From Lama glama (lineage: Eukaryota), in the NCBI GenBank assembly GCA_028534125.1, contig CM052817.1, positions 33,606,001 through 33,670,000 of the forward strand: a stretch of 64,000 nucleotides of DNA, in the 5' to 3' direction. The notes below the pieces were generated by a model. The model had not been told where the DNA came from. It did not search any database and saw nothing but the letters and a program-made list of their open reading frames with translations. This document shows, in pieces, positions 36,935 through 47,699 of the stretch. Positions within the stretch are counted from its first letter, which is position 1. Each line of letters starts with the position of its first letter. The translations under genes were made by a program, and so were the position numbers.

Positions 36935-37335
36935 TTTGATAGAGTAACTGCTTTAGTGGCTGCCTTAATGGCTTCCTGTATCCACATCCTTTGCGATATG
37001 TCATTGCAGCAACTTGCACAAAGAGGTGGAGTCTTCTCCCCCATTCTTTGAAGCAAGGTTGCACTTGTGACTTGCTTTGGCCAACAGAACAAAGGAGAAG
37101 GGGCCGCGTACCAGCTCCAGGCAAAGACCTCCAGAGCCTTTGTATACCTTGATCTTCTTTCCTGGAGCCCTTCCACAGCCCTGTGAATGAGCCCGGGCTA
37201 GCCTGCTGGACGATGAGACCACATGGAGGAGGGTCCAGGTATTCCTGCAAAGGCCATCCTAGAACAACTCACAGCCAACCAATTCCCCATCCTGTGAGAA
37301 GGACAGCCAAAATCAGCAGAGTTGCCTGTACCACA
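36935..37335 (+). mobile_element. MaLR LTR (MLT1E/F-like)
   Basis: CCTGTATCCACATCCTTTGC..AAGAGGTGGAGTCT..CTTGTGACTTGCTTTGGCCAACAGAA..GCCCGGGCTAGCCTGCTGGA. Confidence 0.7.
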
Positions 37336-37894
37336 GTCCTTAGCCTTTTGCCTACACAAGGCTTTTCATTTCTCCACGACTAATGAATGACAGGGGGTGA
37401 TGCAAGTTGCTAAAGGATTTTGAGAGCCTCTGGCTGCTGTCCTGGAGGCAGGTACAGCTGCAGGGATATAGTTTAAATGTGAAGATGCTGGAATTTATAG
37501 GTAGATCTTGATATGCAGGTTGGAGGCTCTACATACATGAAATAGGAAAAACACACTGAGTGGATGTAGGAATATGGTTAATTTGCTGACGAGGATAATC
37601 TTTTAATAATTTCAGCATATTTTTAAATATAATTATAACTGAAGCTAATCTCTGCTGAAATCCATTCTTTCTAAAAGTGAATTCTTATTTCTGAAGTTGA
37701 TTCCACATACTACGTATTCTTTTAAAATATTCAATTATTACTTATGAATTAATTCTACTTGTTTCCTAGCTAATTCAGCTTTATTAGAGTAGGTTTACTA
37801 TAATTGTGTTGTGTTAACTCCATTATCAGACTGACCTGATAGCTATTAAAGCTGAATTTCAAAGAATAAAGCAATCAGAGGTTATTTTTTGTAT

Positions 37895-38348
37895 TTGTGA
37901 TGATCATTGCTAGTTATTTCCCTGGCATTCATCTTCCACTTTCCCTCTATCCATACTCCAAAATTTCTTTCCCCAAGTCTTATGATTTGGGTGGGAAAAA
38001 TCTTACTACAGATTCCAGGGATGGGCTGATTGGCTTATATCCCATGGCCTCGTGTGTTGGTTCTGGGGTGAAGCAAAACACAGTCAAAGTTAATAAAATA
38101 CAAGGAGATGCTTGTTGGACTTCCAATGTGGAGAAGCTTGCCTGTTTCCCTGCATGGTGTGAGAAACGGAATTATGGAAGTTATTTTTCTGTAAGAGTTG
38201 CAGAGGGCCACAAAATGGAGCCTAAGGATTAGGCTATACCACAGAAAGCAAGTAAGAGAGACAGGAAAAAAAAAAAAAGCTCCTTGGAAACATTGTTTAA
38301 GGGGCTGGATACAGCTTTGCCTGAAGTTAACATTGCTTCTGGAGTTTT
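37895..38348 (+). mobile_element. MaLR LTR (MLT1J/K-like), left part; host of the ERV
   Basis: CTGGATACAGCTTTGCCTGAAG..CTGGAGTTTT continues after the provirus as TTTTCACTTACGCGACTAGTAAATCCCC..TTTAAGCCA..GTTGTTTTCT..TACAACCGAAAGA (47146-47223). Confidence 0.65.
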
Positions 38349-38750
38349 TGTCCCTGGCAAGGCCCATTAACAATTCCCAGGAAATAAAAATGGAATCTGA
38401 GTAATAAAATAAAGTCTAACCTTTTTTTTCCTTTGTGCTTCACCTAGTTTCACTAGCTCATCTGGTGCTGTGTGCAGAGGCCTCCCATAGCCCTTCAGAC
38501 CAGAGATCCTCCTGCAGAATGGCTGCATTGACAGCTCAGTTGTCGGGGGGGGGGGCGTGTGCAGAAGCATGCACCTGGCACTGAGCTCATCCCTCGAGAA
38601 CTCCACCCCCTCCCCCTTCTGGCTGATGAGAACCCTATAAAGCAGTGCCCACTACGGCTGCCTGGAGAGCGCGGACCCCAGAGCGTGAGCTCACACCTCT
38701 CCATTCTTTGATCCAAGAATAAAGCTTTCTTTTGCCTCTGAATCTCAGTT
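38349..38750 (+). mobile_element. ERV 5' LTR (3'-truncated)
   Basis: Starts TGTCCCTGGCAAGGCCCATTAA, with TATAAA at 38636-38641 and AATAAA at 38718-38723. Homology to the 3' LTR stops at ~38750 and no PBS is visible. Confidence 0.85.
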
Positions 38751-39676
38751 ACTGCCACCACACCAGGGCTTTTGCCCCCCTCATTGACCTCCAGGCTCAA
38801 CGGAAGCCTTCTCCATAGTCACTTTAATCTGGTAGAGGAAAGTGGGCAGCCCTGTGAGCATACAGGCAAGATGAGGAAAAGGTCCAGGTAACGAGGACCA
38901 CCTGACAGATGGAATGAGGACACTTGATGCAAAGTCAGGAAAGGTCCTCGGGGACGCCTGAGTGTAAAAGGGTCTCAAGTAGGTAGTGACGGGTGACTTG
39001 ACCTCTCTTCCAGTTAGCTCTGTTCCCTCTGAAGGGAGTTGGGGTGCCCTGTGAGCCACTTGTAAGACCAGGAAACCCGGCTAAGGAAGCCCTGTGAGCT
39101 GCTGGCAAGAAGAGGAAATTCCAGACTGCCTGACCACTGTTCTTAATCCTCAGGGCTCCTCCCCCCTCTGCTTGAGAGTGAGGCTTGGGTGATTCTTACT
39201 CCACCGAGGTCCCCCTGGCTCTCCTCCCAGCTTCAGCACAAAGCGTCAACTGCCCGAGCGATCTTGTGGGTACCCTGTGGGATTCCCTTGCATTCTTAGC
39301 CCTCACGTGGTGGGAGATCCAGAAATTCCCTCTGAAAACAGAGCCACTGTGCTGCTCCCTAATGGACCACAGGAGTGGGGAACTGGAGGTGCAGGGGCTC
39401 AGGCCCTGAAGCCTCCTGCAGCACATTCTGAATGAGGGACTTACATCTCAAGCATGGGCCATTACAAATTCAAGGGGGACCCTCAGTTATATCAGAGTCC
39501 GCACCACTTGGACGCCTCCTATTTGGGCCTTTGAGGAATCCAAGAACAGTTGGTTCTCGTTCCAAATTCCCGAACTGGAAATCTTCTTTGGGTCAAATCT
39601 TGTGGTATTTGCCTGCCAACAAATCACTCCAACTGAGGGGTAGTTGAAAGCAAATCCAAAACAGAACATCTAAGGT

Positions 39677-41755
39677 ATGGGCAATCCATTACGGTATATT
39701 TTTCAAAATTGGAAGTTTTTCAGGTATCATTCCCTGACCCAAAAACATTTAATCTTCCTGTGTAATACAGCCTGGCTCCAATGCCAGCTGGGAGAAGGGG
39801 AAAGTTCGTTCATCAATGGGTCTCTAAATATTACAGCACCATTTTATAATTGGACCTGCTATGCCAGACACAAAGGAAATGGGATGGAACTCCCCATAAT
39901 GAGTTTTTCATGGCCTTATATATCCGAGTAAAGGCCTTCAAAAAGGATATGGGCTCTCCTCCACTGAGGTAATACCAGTCCTTGACCCTCCTCCTGAAGA
40001 CCTTCTTGATCTCCTCCCCAGCCCTCCTCTTCCCTGCCACCTTCCTTCATATGTCCTGATTTGTGCCACCAGACAGAGGAACCCCCTCCAGACCAGCCCC
40101 CTGCCCCAGAACCCAGCAGCAAGTACAGGAAGCAGGACTGATCCCGGCCAGGGCCCAATAACCCACTAAGAAAAGTATTTCCTTTGGCCAGGTTCCTGAT
40201 GGAGGAGGACACATCCAGGTGTACGTCTCGTTTACCACTTCCTACATGTGTAACCGGAAAAGTCATAGTAAGGGGTTGAGGGAGAATCCAGAGGGGTCCT
40301 GAATCTAATTAGAAGAATCTTTCAGACCCATGACCCTACCTGGGCTGACATCCAGAGCCTCCTCAGTGTAGTCCTACCAGAGAAGAAAGGGCAAGAGGAA
40401 AGTAAAGCAGCAGACAAAATGCAGGTCATGCTATTTTCAGACTGGAGAACCAAGCAGTCCCAGATTACAAATGTAGCTGGGACCACTGAGACACTGAGGA
40501 AGGGAGAGGCAGACAGAGGCTGACCCATTATAACAGCAAGATCCTAAAGGGAATCCAGGCAGCAGGAAAGAAGCCTGTCCATTGGAATAAGCTGAAGGAA
40601 ACCAATCAGGAGCCAAGGAAAACCTTTCAGCATTCCTAGAGAGCCTCAGGGAATGCCTTGGAATCTACACTTCCACTGACCCTGAGTCATTGGAAGGGAA
40701 TGCAATCCTGAGGTCATAATTCGTTTCCCAAAGTGCCCCCCAACCTTAGGTGTAAACTTCAGAAACTGGAATTAGAACTGTTGTCGAACCCAAGTTTGTG
40801 TGCTCAAAGCACAGTGAGGCCAAGCAATCTGAAACATCAGAGTCTGGAGCAGGGAAAGGTTTACTGCAAGGGCCAATCAAGGAGAGTGGGTGACTTGTGC
40901 TCAAAAAGCTGCAACTCCCCAATGGGCTTCGGGAAGAGGTTTTATATGCAAATTTTGGGGGAAGGCTGCTGTGTGTGTGTGTGTGTGTGTGTGACCTTCC
41001 TCTGATTGGTTAGTGGTGAGGTAACAAACAGTTCAATCATCAGCCTTCTGGTTCTGACTAGTCGGGGGTCCACCGGCTTGTGCTCAGCCTGAAGTTCCCA
41101 TCGTCTACCTGCGTGGCGGCCTTAGTTCCTGTAGAAGACTCAGAGATCTGTGTCAGATTATATACGTCCCTTGAGGAGGAACCAGGACCTTGCCCCATCA
41201 CTGCGCTATTGTTTCTTGATTGCCTTTCCTTTGATTCTGCGTTTCTTCACTTCTCTAATTCATAATTGATCGAATCTGACCTTTGGAACTCAGGGAAGGT
41301 CTAAAAGGCTGAAAGCCTTTTTCCTACAAATGAGGAATGGAGGACACTGAAAAGCTTCTGTACCCAGGAGGGTCCCACAGGGTTCTGCTCAGTTTCAGAG
41401 CCAGACACCCCTACCTCTCGTCTGGTTGAGGTTGCCTACTGGGTGTTGAGTAACCAAGATATAGAGGAGGAAAAGCCAGGGAATAAAAAGGCCTGGAGCA
41501 AGCCCACCTACTGGCTGTTGCCCTCCAATGCCAATCAGTCCTCAGGGAAATCTAGCCCTGTGGAGACTCAGCTCTGTGAGCGACCCCCGCCTCGCACCAA
41601 GAGATAGCAAGCCAAGGAAACTAAGACCCAATCAGTGCACCAAATGTAAACAAAAGGGACTCTGGAAGGGAGAATGCCCTCACCGTGCCAGAAGGGGGGG
41701 TGGAAATGGCAGAGCCCAGCCACTACCCTTGAAGGCAGATGGTCCAAAGAGATGA
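39677..41755 (+). pseudogene. ERV gag remnant (MA-CA-NC), interrupted by a solo LTR
   Basis: MGNPLRYIFQNWKFF..LIFLCNTAW (class I MA), THDPTWADIQSLL (CA, ~40327), an MHR-like ENLSAFLE at ~40617 and a degenerate zinc knuckle QCTKCKQKGLWKGECP. Stops and frameshifts throughout. Confidence 0.85.
40779..41397 (-). mobile_element. Solo LTR of an unrelated ERV family inserted antisense into gag
   Basis: TG...CA termini and a 4-bp TSD GAAC (40775-40778)/GAGC (41398-41401). Minus-strand CCAAT (41005-41009), TATAAAA (40940-40946) and AGTAAA (40860-40865) are in U3-R order. Removing it restores gag QKLELEPDTPTSRLVEVAY. Confidence 0.85.
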
Positions 41756-43475
41756 AGAATGATGGGTCTGGGGGCTTCTAAGCTGGCACTCTGACTGACC
41801 CCGAGGAGCCCTGGTTGATGTTGGACATAAAGGGAAAGCCTGTGAAATTCTTAGTCAACACCAGATCAGGAAAACCTAGTCACAAGATTTGTAAAATTAT
41901 GACAGTATTAAGGAAGGCCCAAGACCAGGCATTCATAGAGCCATTAGGATGCAAATTGGATGAATACACTGTCACCTATTTTTTCCTCTATTTTCTGGAA
42001 TGCTCTATACCCCTGCTAGGAAGGGCTATCTTACATAAATTGAGAGCTACTATCCTCCTAACAGGAGACAAACTGGAGACTGATATCCCCTTAGACAAAG
42101 GGCACAAGATGATGATGTTAATGGCTGAGGACAAACCTCCCTAGACAGAGCACACTGACTCCCCTGGAGTAAATCTCGAGGTCTGGGTCCAGGGATGGGT
42201 GAGACAAGCTCTAGGAGCCATCTAACACCCACCTAAAACCCGGACATACATGGCCCAGTAGCAGACAGTACCCTCTCCATCGGGAAGCCTTGTGGGCATT
42301 GCCCCTGTTATACAGGCCTGATGGACCAGGGCTTATTAGACCACGCCAATCAGCCTGTAACAGCCCATTCTCCTCGTAAACCCAGCTGAAGAGTGCTGGA
42401 TGGTACAGGACCTCGGGGCAGTCAGTGAAGCCACTAAAGATATACATCCAGTAGTTTCTAATCCCTACACCCTGCTGGCCACTCTACTGTCTACTAGAAC
42501 CTAATATTCTGTGTTAAATTTAAAAGATGCCTTCTTCTGTATTCCATTAGCCCCAGAATCACAGGAAATTTTTGCTTTTGAGTGGCAGGACCCAAATATG
42601 CAACCACAGCAACAATACTTCTGGACAGTTCTGCCCCAAGGTTTCAAAAATCCCCTCAACCATCTTTAGGGAAACTTTAGCTAATGACCTAAAAGATCTA
42701 CATCTGGAGGAGGGAACCCTCCTCCAGTAAGTGGATGACACTCTGATTGCCAGCCCTACTCCGGAGGCCTCTGACAAAGATTCTGTAACCACCCTGAACC
42801 TCCTAGCTGATAAAAGATATAAGGTGTCCAAGAAAAAGTCTTAAATCTCAAAAGCTAGGTGACCTACCTAGGCTTCATTCTCACGGAAGATCAGAGAAGC
42901 CTACCCCAGGAAGGGAAAGAGGCCATTTGCAGCCTCACCTCTCCTAAAACTGGAAGACAGCTTAGGGGTTTCCTGGGGGTGGCTGGGTTTTGCCGCATCT
43001 GGATCCCTAACTATGGTCCAATAGCAAGGGCTCTATATGAAAAATTGAAAGGAAAGGATGATGATCCTTTTGAGTGGAATTCAGAATGTGAAGGGACCTT
43101 TCAAACATTAAAAAAGTGATTACTTCAAGCCCCTGCCCTGGCCCTCCCAGACTCGGCTAAACCTTTTAATCTTTATACTCATGAGAGAAGGGGAATCACC
43201 CTTGGGGATATTAGCTCAAAGACTGGATCCCTTAGTTGTGTGGTTGCTTATTTCTCTAAACAATTAGACCAAACGGTTAAGGGATGGCCTTCTTGCCTCT
43301 GGGCAGGAGCAGCTACTACAGCCCGGTTAAAGGAGGCTGAAAAGTTAATAGTCAATCAATGATATGGACGCCACACCAGGTTCAGGCTTTAGTAAGTTGT
43401 AAACGAACAGAATGGCTAACCCTCAGAAAGCCAATTCAAGTTCAGGCTGTGCTTTTAAACAGCCCATTAGTGACA

Positions 43476-44028
43476 CACTTGCAGAAACACGGATGGACCT
43501 AGAGATATCATACTAAGTGAAGTAAGTAAGACAAAGACAAACATCATGTGATATCACTTATATATGAAATCTTGGGAGAAGGGTATAGCTCAAGTGGTAG
43601 AGCACACACTCAGCACCCAGGAGGTCAGGGGTTCAAACTCCAGTACCTTCTTCAAGCAGAAATCAGTGAATAAGCCTAATGACCTCCCCCTCATATATAT
43701 GAAATCTTTTAAAAATGGCACAAATGAACTTATTTATAAAACAGAAATGGATTCACAGACACAGAAAGCATACTTATGGTTATGGGGTGGGGAAGAGGGA
43801 GGGATAAATTAGGAGTTTGGGATTAGCAGATACAAACTACTATATATAAAATAGATAAACAACAAGGTCCTACTGTTTAGCACAGGGAACTATATTCAAC
43901 ATCTTATAATAACCTATAATGATAAAGAATATGAAAAAGAATATATATATATAACTGAATCACTATGCTGCACACCAGAAATTAACACAACATTGTAAAT
44001 CAACTGTACTTTAACTTAAAAAAAAAAA
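43476..44028 (+). mobile_element. 5'-truncated cetartiodactyl-type L1 3' end inserted in ERV pol
   Basis: GGATGGACCTAGAGA..ACTAAGTGAAGTAAG..GGAGTTTGGGATTAGCAGATACAAACTACTATATATAAAATAGATAAACAACAAGGTCCTACTG..poly(A) at 44018-44028. pol resumes with CHALNPATLLP. Confidence 0.9.
43574..43693 (+). mobile_element. Vic-1-like tRNA SINE inserted in the L1
   Basis: GGGTATAGCTCAAGTGGTAGAG (A box) and GGTTCAAACTCC (B box). Perfect 15-bp TSD TATATATGAAATCTT at 43559-43573 and 43694-43708. Confidence 0.9.
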
Positions 44029-46179
44029 CCAAACAGCACAAAGAACCTGTCACGCACTAAATCCTGCCACCCTGCTACCCTTAGAAATGGGGCCCCTGCA
44101 GTATGATTGTACAGAAACCATAGCGATGATCTATCCCTGTTGCCCTGACCTGGAAAGTGAGCATCTCCCAAACACTGATGAGGACTGGTTCACAGATGGG
44201 GGCAGTTTTAGGAGAGAGGGAAAAAAAAGCTGCTATACAAAGTGATCTCCCAGACTCAGGTCATAGAGGCATGAAGCCTACCCCCAGGGACTTCTGCCTA
44301 AAAGGCTGAAGTGGTAGCCCTCACCTAAGCCTTATAGGTCAGGATAGGGAAGGTTTTAAGTGTTTACACAGACTCCCAGTATGTGTACGCCATCCTATGC
44401 ACACATGGGGCTACTGGAAGGGAAGAGGTATACTGACTGCAGAGAATAAGCAGGTGAAACATGGCTTGATCGTCTTGAGACTCCTAGAAGCAGTGCAACT
44501 TCTGAAAAAAGTGGGAGTGATTCACTGCTAGGGTCATCATAAAGAGAATACAGAGGTAAATAAAGGGAAACAAAGCAGATGGAACTACCAAAAAAAAAAA
44601 AAAAAGGCAGCCCTAGATCCAGTAACTTGGCAACTACCCCTCATACCTGAGAGGCCAGATCCATCTAACGACTCCACAGTCAATACAGAGGAAGAATTAG
44701 ACAAAGCCCAGAGACGGGGCTTCAGTAGAGATCTAGGAGGCCATGCGTGGCTAGTTAATGAGCATGGGCAATACTTTCCCCAAACCGCAGACTGTCAAGG
44801 GAGGCTTGTATAGGTACTTGTTACGGGAGGGAAGCCCGATGTAACTGGTTAGTTGAGATCATGGTAACTCCTCGCATGAAAAGTATACTCGGTCGAATAG
44901 TTGAGACCTGCTGCATCTGCACAATGAACAGCGCCAACACCAGACTCCCCAGAGGCCCCCAGATAAAGCCCATTCAGACCAGAGGGACATATCCTGAGGA
45001 ACACTGGCAGACTGATTCTGCCGTCATGCTGAGACATGACAATACCAGCACTTTTAGGTATCTCTTGGTGCTAGTGGACATGTTTTCAAGGTGGGTAGAC
45101 TCTTTCCCCACTAGAATGGAAATGGAAACGGCAGCCTAAATGACTAAAGTATTACTAAAAGAGATAATCCCCAGGTTTGGGCTCCCAGGATCCCTACAGA
45201 GTAATAATGACCCAGCATTCCTTCTTCCAGTGACAAAAGGGATAACAGGTGCCCAAGGCATAAAATGGACCATGTACTCAGCCTTGAGACCTCATCATGG
45301 GGGAAAGTAGAGCGATCCAGTCAGACCTTATAATGGTCCTTAGCCAACTGTGTCAGGGGAACTCAAGAAGATTGGATCAAGTTACTCCCAATTGCCTTTC
45401 TCTGTATGTGGTTAGCCCCAAGGGATACATTATAGTTAAATTTGAACTCATATATGGTAGACCCATCCCCCAAGCCCGAGAGAAGGGACACCTTAGACCC
45501 CTTGAAATGGAACAACTCAATATGCCCTCCAGGTAGGAGAAACCGTGAAAGCCCTCCCTGCATGTGGTAACCAGGTGCTGCCTGCACCCACTGACCTGGC
45601 CCTCCCCTTCTGGCCAGGAGACTGGGTGCATCTGAAAACCTGGAAAACCAGCAGCCCATGAGATCAGCTCACTCCTAAGTGTAACGGAGCCCACCTTGGT
45701 GACGCTAACCAGCCATTCTGCCCTGAAGTTGCAGGGGATCACTCCGTGTGTACATCACAGTCGAGTGAAGAGGGTCCCTGAGCTCCAACCTCCAGAGAGA
45801 CAACCTGGGGCAACAGACCCTCTTAACTACTGGTTTGAGCCTCTCTCTGAAACTTCTCTTCCTGAAAAACAATAAAAGTGTCCCATAAGGACAGACTACT
45901 AATTATAGGAATCAATGCACTAATAGGGGTGCTAGTGACGTTGGCCAGGTGAACTGTATATAACTCTGTTACCATAAAAAAGAAAGGTAACAGCCACGAT
46001 GATGTTGGTGGCCCATGTGACCAGTCTTGACTTCAAGCTATTACAAAAGTCCACTGCCTTCCTGGCCGGTATGGTTGGATAACCAAATTGCCCTAGATTA
46101 TCTGTTAGCTCCCCAGGGAGGGGCATGCACTGGCCATTGTGCTGTTTTGATGTAAGTGGACTAATTTATGAAAGCACAG

Positions 46180-46400
46180 ACAACTGGAAAAAGCAACTTG
46201 GCTGGCAGAAACCAGGCTGCATAGTCTGGATGAACTAACATGGAGCGAGGGTAATCAGGGCCTCTCCGGTGTCACCGGGTTCCTACCTCTCCTGTGCCCT
46301 TAATGACCATTATTGTCTTGCTAATGTTTGGGCCTCACAACCTAAATCATCTGGTGTTCTGTGTCTCTAAAGATTAGACAAATGGTGGCGGCTCAGGGAT
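46180..46400 (+). pseudogene. env TM C-terminal remnant (most of env deleted)
   Basis: Frameshifted FLPLL/LMTIIVLLMFGPHNLNHLVFCVS resembles a gamma-type env transmembrane anchor and cytoplasmic tail. Only ~0.8 kb separates the end of integrase from the 3' LTR. Confidence 0.6.
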
Positions 46401-46577
46401 ACAGAGAGTCAGGGCTGAGTACTGGTGACAACCCAACACATCTAAAGGCAGCTGGCGGAAAGCTCTGCTCCTCTCCCCAGGGTTAGGATGATGCCCCAAA
46501 TCAGCAGGAATCAGTTACAGAAGACGGACTTGCACCTCTGAAGAATGAGGAGCAGGACAACAGGCAGGGGAGGGATT

Positions 46578-47145
46578 TGTCACCAGCAGAGCCCATTAAT
46601 AATTACAGGAAATAAAACTAGAATCCGGGTAATAAACATTAAGTCTAACCTTTTCATCATTTTCTTTGTGCTTGGTCCAGTTTCACTTGCTCACAGGGAG
46701 CTGCTTGCAGAGTTCTCGCACCCAGCCGTTCAGGCCAGAGTTCCTAGTGCCAAACGGCTGCATGGACGCCTCAGCGCGGTGGGCTGCGTGCAGAAGAGCT
46801 GCACACGACACCCTGATTCAAGATGGCAGCCGTGTGCAGAGCCGCTGCGCCTGGCACCGCGACCTGAAGGGGGAGCAGCCCCACTGCGCCTGCGCCTGTG
46901 CCTGCGCCGCGCCTGCGCCCGCCCACCGGGAAGTGCGCCCCTCACTGCTGCGGAGAACCCTGCGAAGAGTCCCGCCCACGGCCTACGGGGAGATGGTGGA
47001 CTCTGAGAGCTGAACCTCCCCATTTTTTGATCTAAGCATAAAGCTTTCCTTTGCTTCTGAACAGAACTCAGTCTCATTCTATTGGCACGAGTGACACAAG
47101 ACAGGAGGACCCTGGTTGGTGACTAAATTGGGGGCATCGGTAACA
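46578..47145 (+). mobile_element. ERV 3' LTR, CpG-rich
   Basis: Follows the PPT, starts TGTCACCAGCAGAGCCCATTAA, ends GGTAACA, and is colinear with 38349-38750. Confidence 0.9.
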
Positions 47146-47699
47146 TTTTCACTTACGCGACTAGTAAATCCCCTTTATTATTTAAGCCAAAATGAGTTGT
47201 TTTCTTCAGTTACAACCGAAAGATGAATGACTGATATGCTCTCTCTCCCATTTCTAGCTTTGCTTTAAGCCCCCTAGTTCAGGTTCTTTCTTCTTGCTTG
47301 GACTATTGCAGGAGCCTCTTAATTACTCTCCTTACTTCTAATCTGTGTCCCTGTGATTTATAGTTTGTTACTGGGTTAATACCTTTTAGGCACAGCTATA
47401 ATCAAACCCTTTTGCCCCCAAATAGTGGTGGTTCCCCAGTGTCTACTGCGTTAAAAACAAACATCTTTTGACATTCTAGGCCTGCTCAGTGTGTGCCAGC
47501 AGTACTCCTTAGGGCTTCCTTTGACTTCCACTCCATGTTGGTAAGTACAGAAGCTGTTTTTGTATTCTTTTCTTTATTTAACAGCTCAGTAGTGTTTTTA
47601 ACGTCGATTGCTCTCTCCTAAGACATTTCTCCTCCCTTTGTTTCTGTGATGCAGCATTCTCCACTTTTGGTCTTCTCCATCTATTCAATCATTAAATGT

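Larger units (their letters stand above)
41795..45780 (+). pseudogene. ERV pro-pol remnant (protease, RT, RNase H, integrase), interrupted by L1+SINE
   Basis: Protease: VKFLVNT.., [47 protein letters not shown] (YVDD with a stop at 42728-42730), QLRGFLGVAGFCRIWIPNY. RNase H: WFTDG, YTDSQY. Integrase: CCICTMN, HWQTD, LVLVDMFSRWVDSFP, IIPRFGLPGSLQS. Confidence 0.92.
38349..47145 (+). mobile_element. Degraded class I (gamma-like, ERV1) endogenous provirus: LTR-gag-pro-pol-(env remnant)-LTR
   Basis: TG...CA termini with TTTT on both sides (38345-38348 and 47146-47149), homologous LTRs, a polypurine tract at ~46562-46575, and gag/pro/pol motifs. Confidence 0.92.

Noticed and set aside
43574..43650. 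tRNA gene-like sequences (also ~34060-34129 and ~52705-52780)
   Set aside because: A and B boxes are present, but they are heads of tRNA-derived SINEs (shared 3' extension, TSDs), not tRNA genes.
43455..44045. TSD for the L1 inserted in pol
   Set aside because: Only partial similarity (AAACAGC.CA), and not positioned at the junctions, so no TSD is claimed.
42859..45139. Possibly domesticated RT or integrase ORFs
   Set aside because: Short fragments with catalytic motifs destroyed (YVDD stop, protease DTG lost), many frameshifts and internal insertions.
45850..46560. Syncytin-like captured env
   Set aside because: Only a frameshifted TM-tail remnant survives; I see no signal peptide, furin site or ISD ORF.
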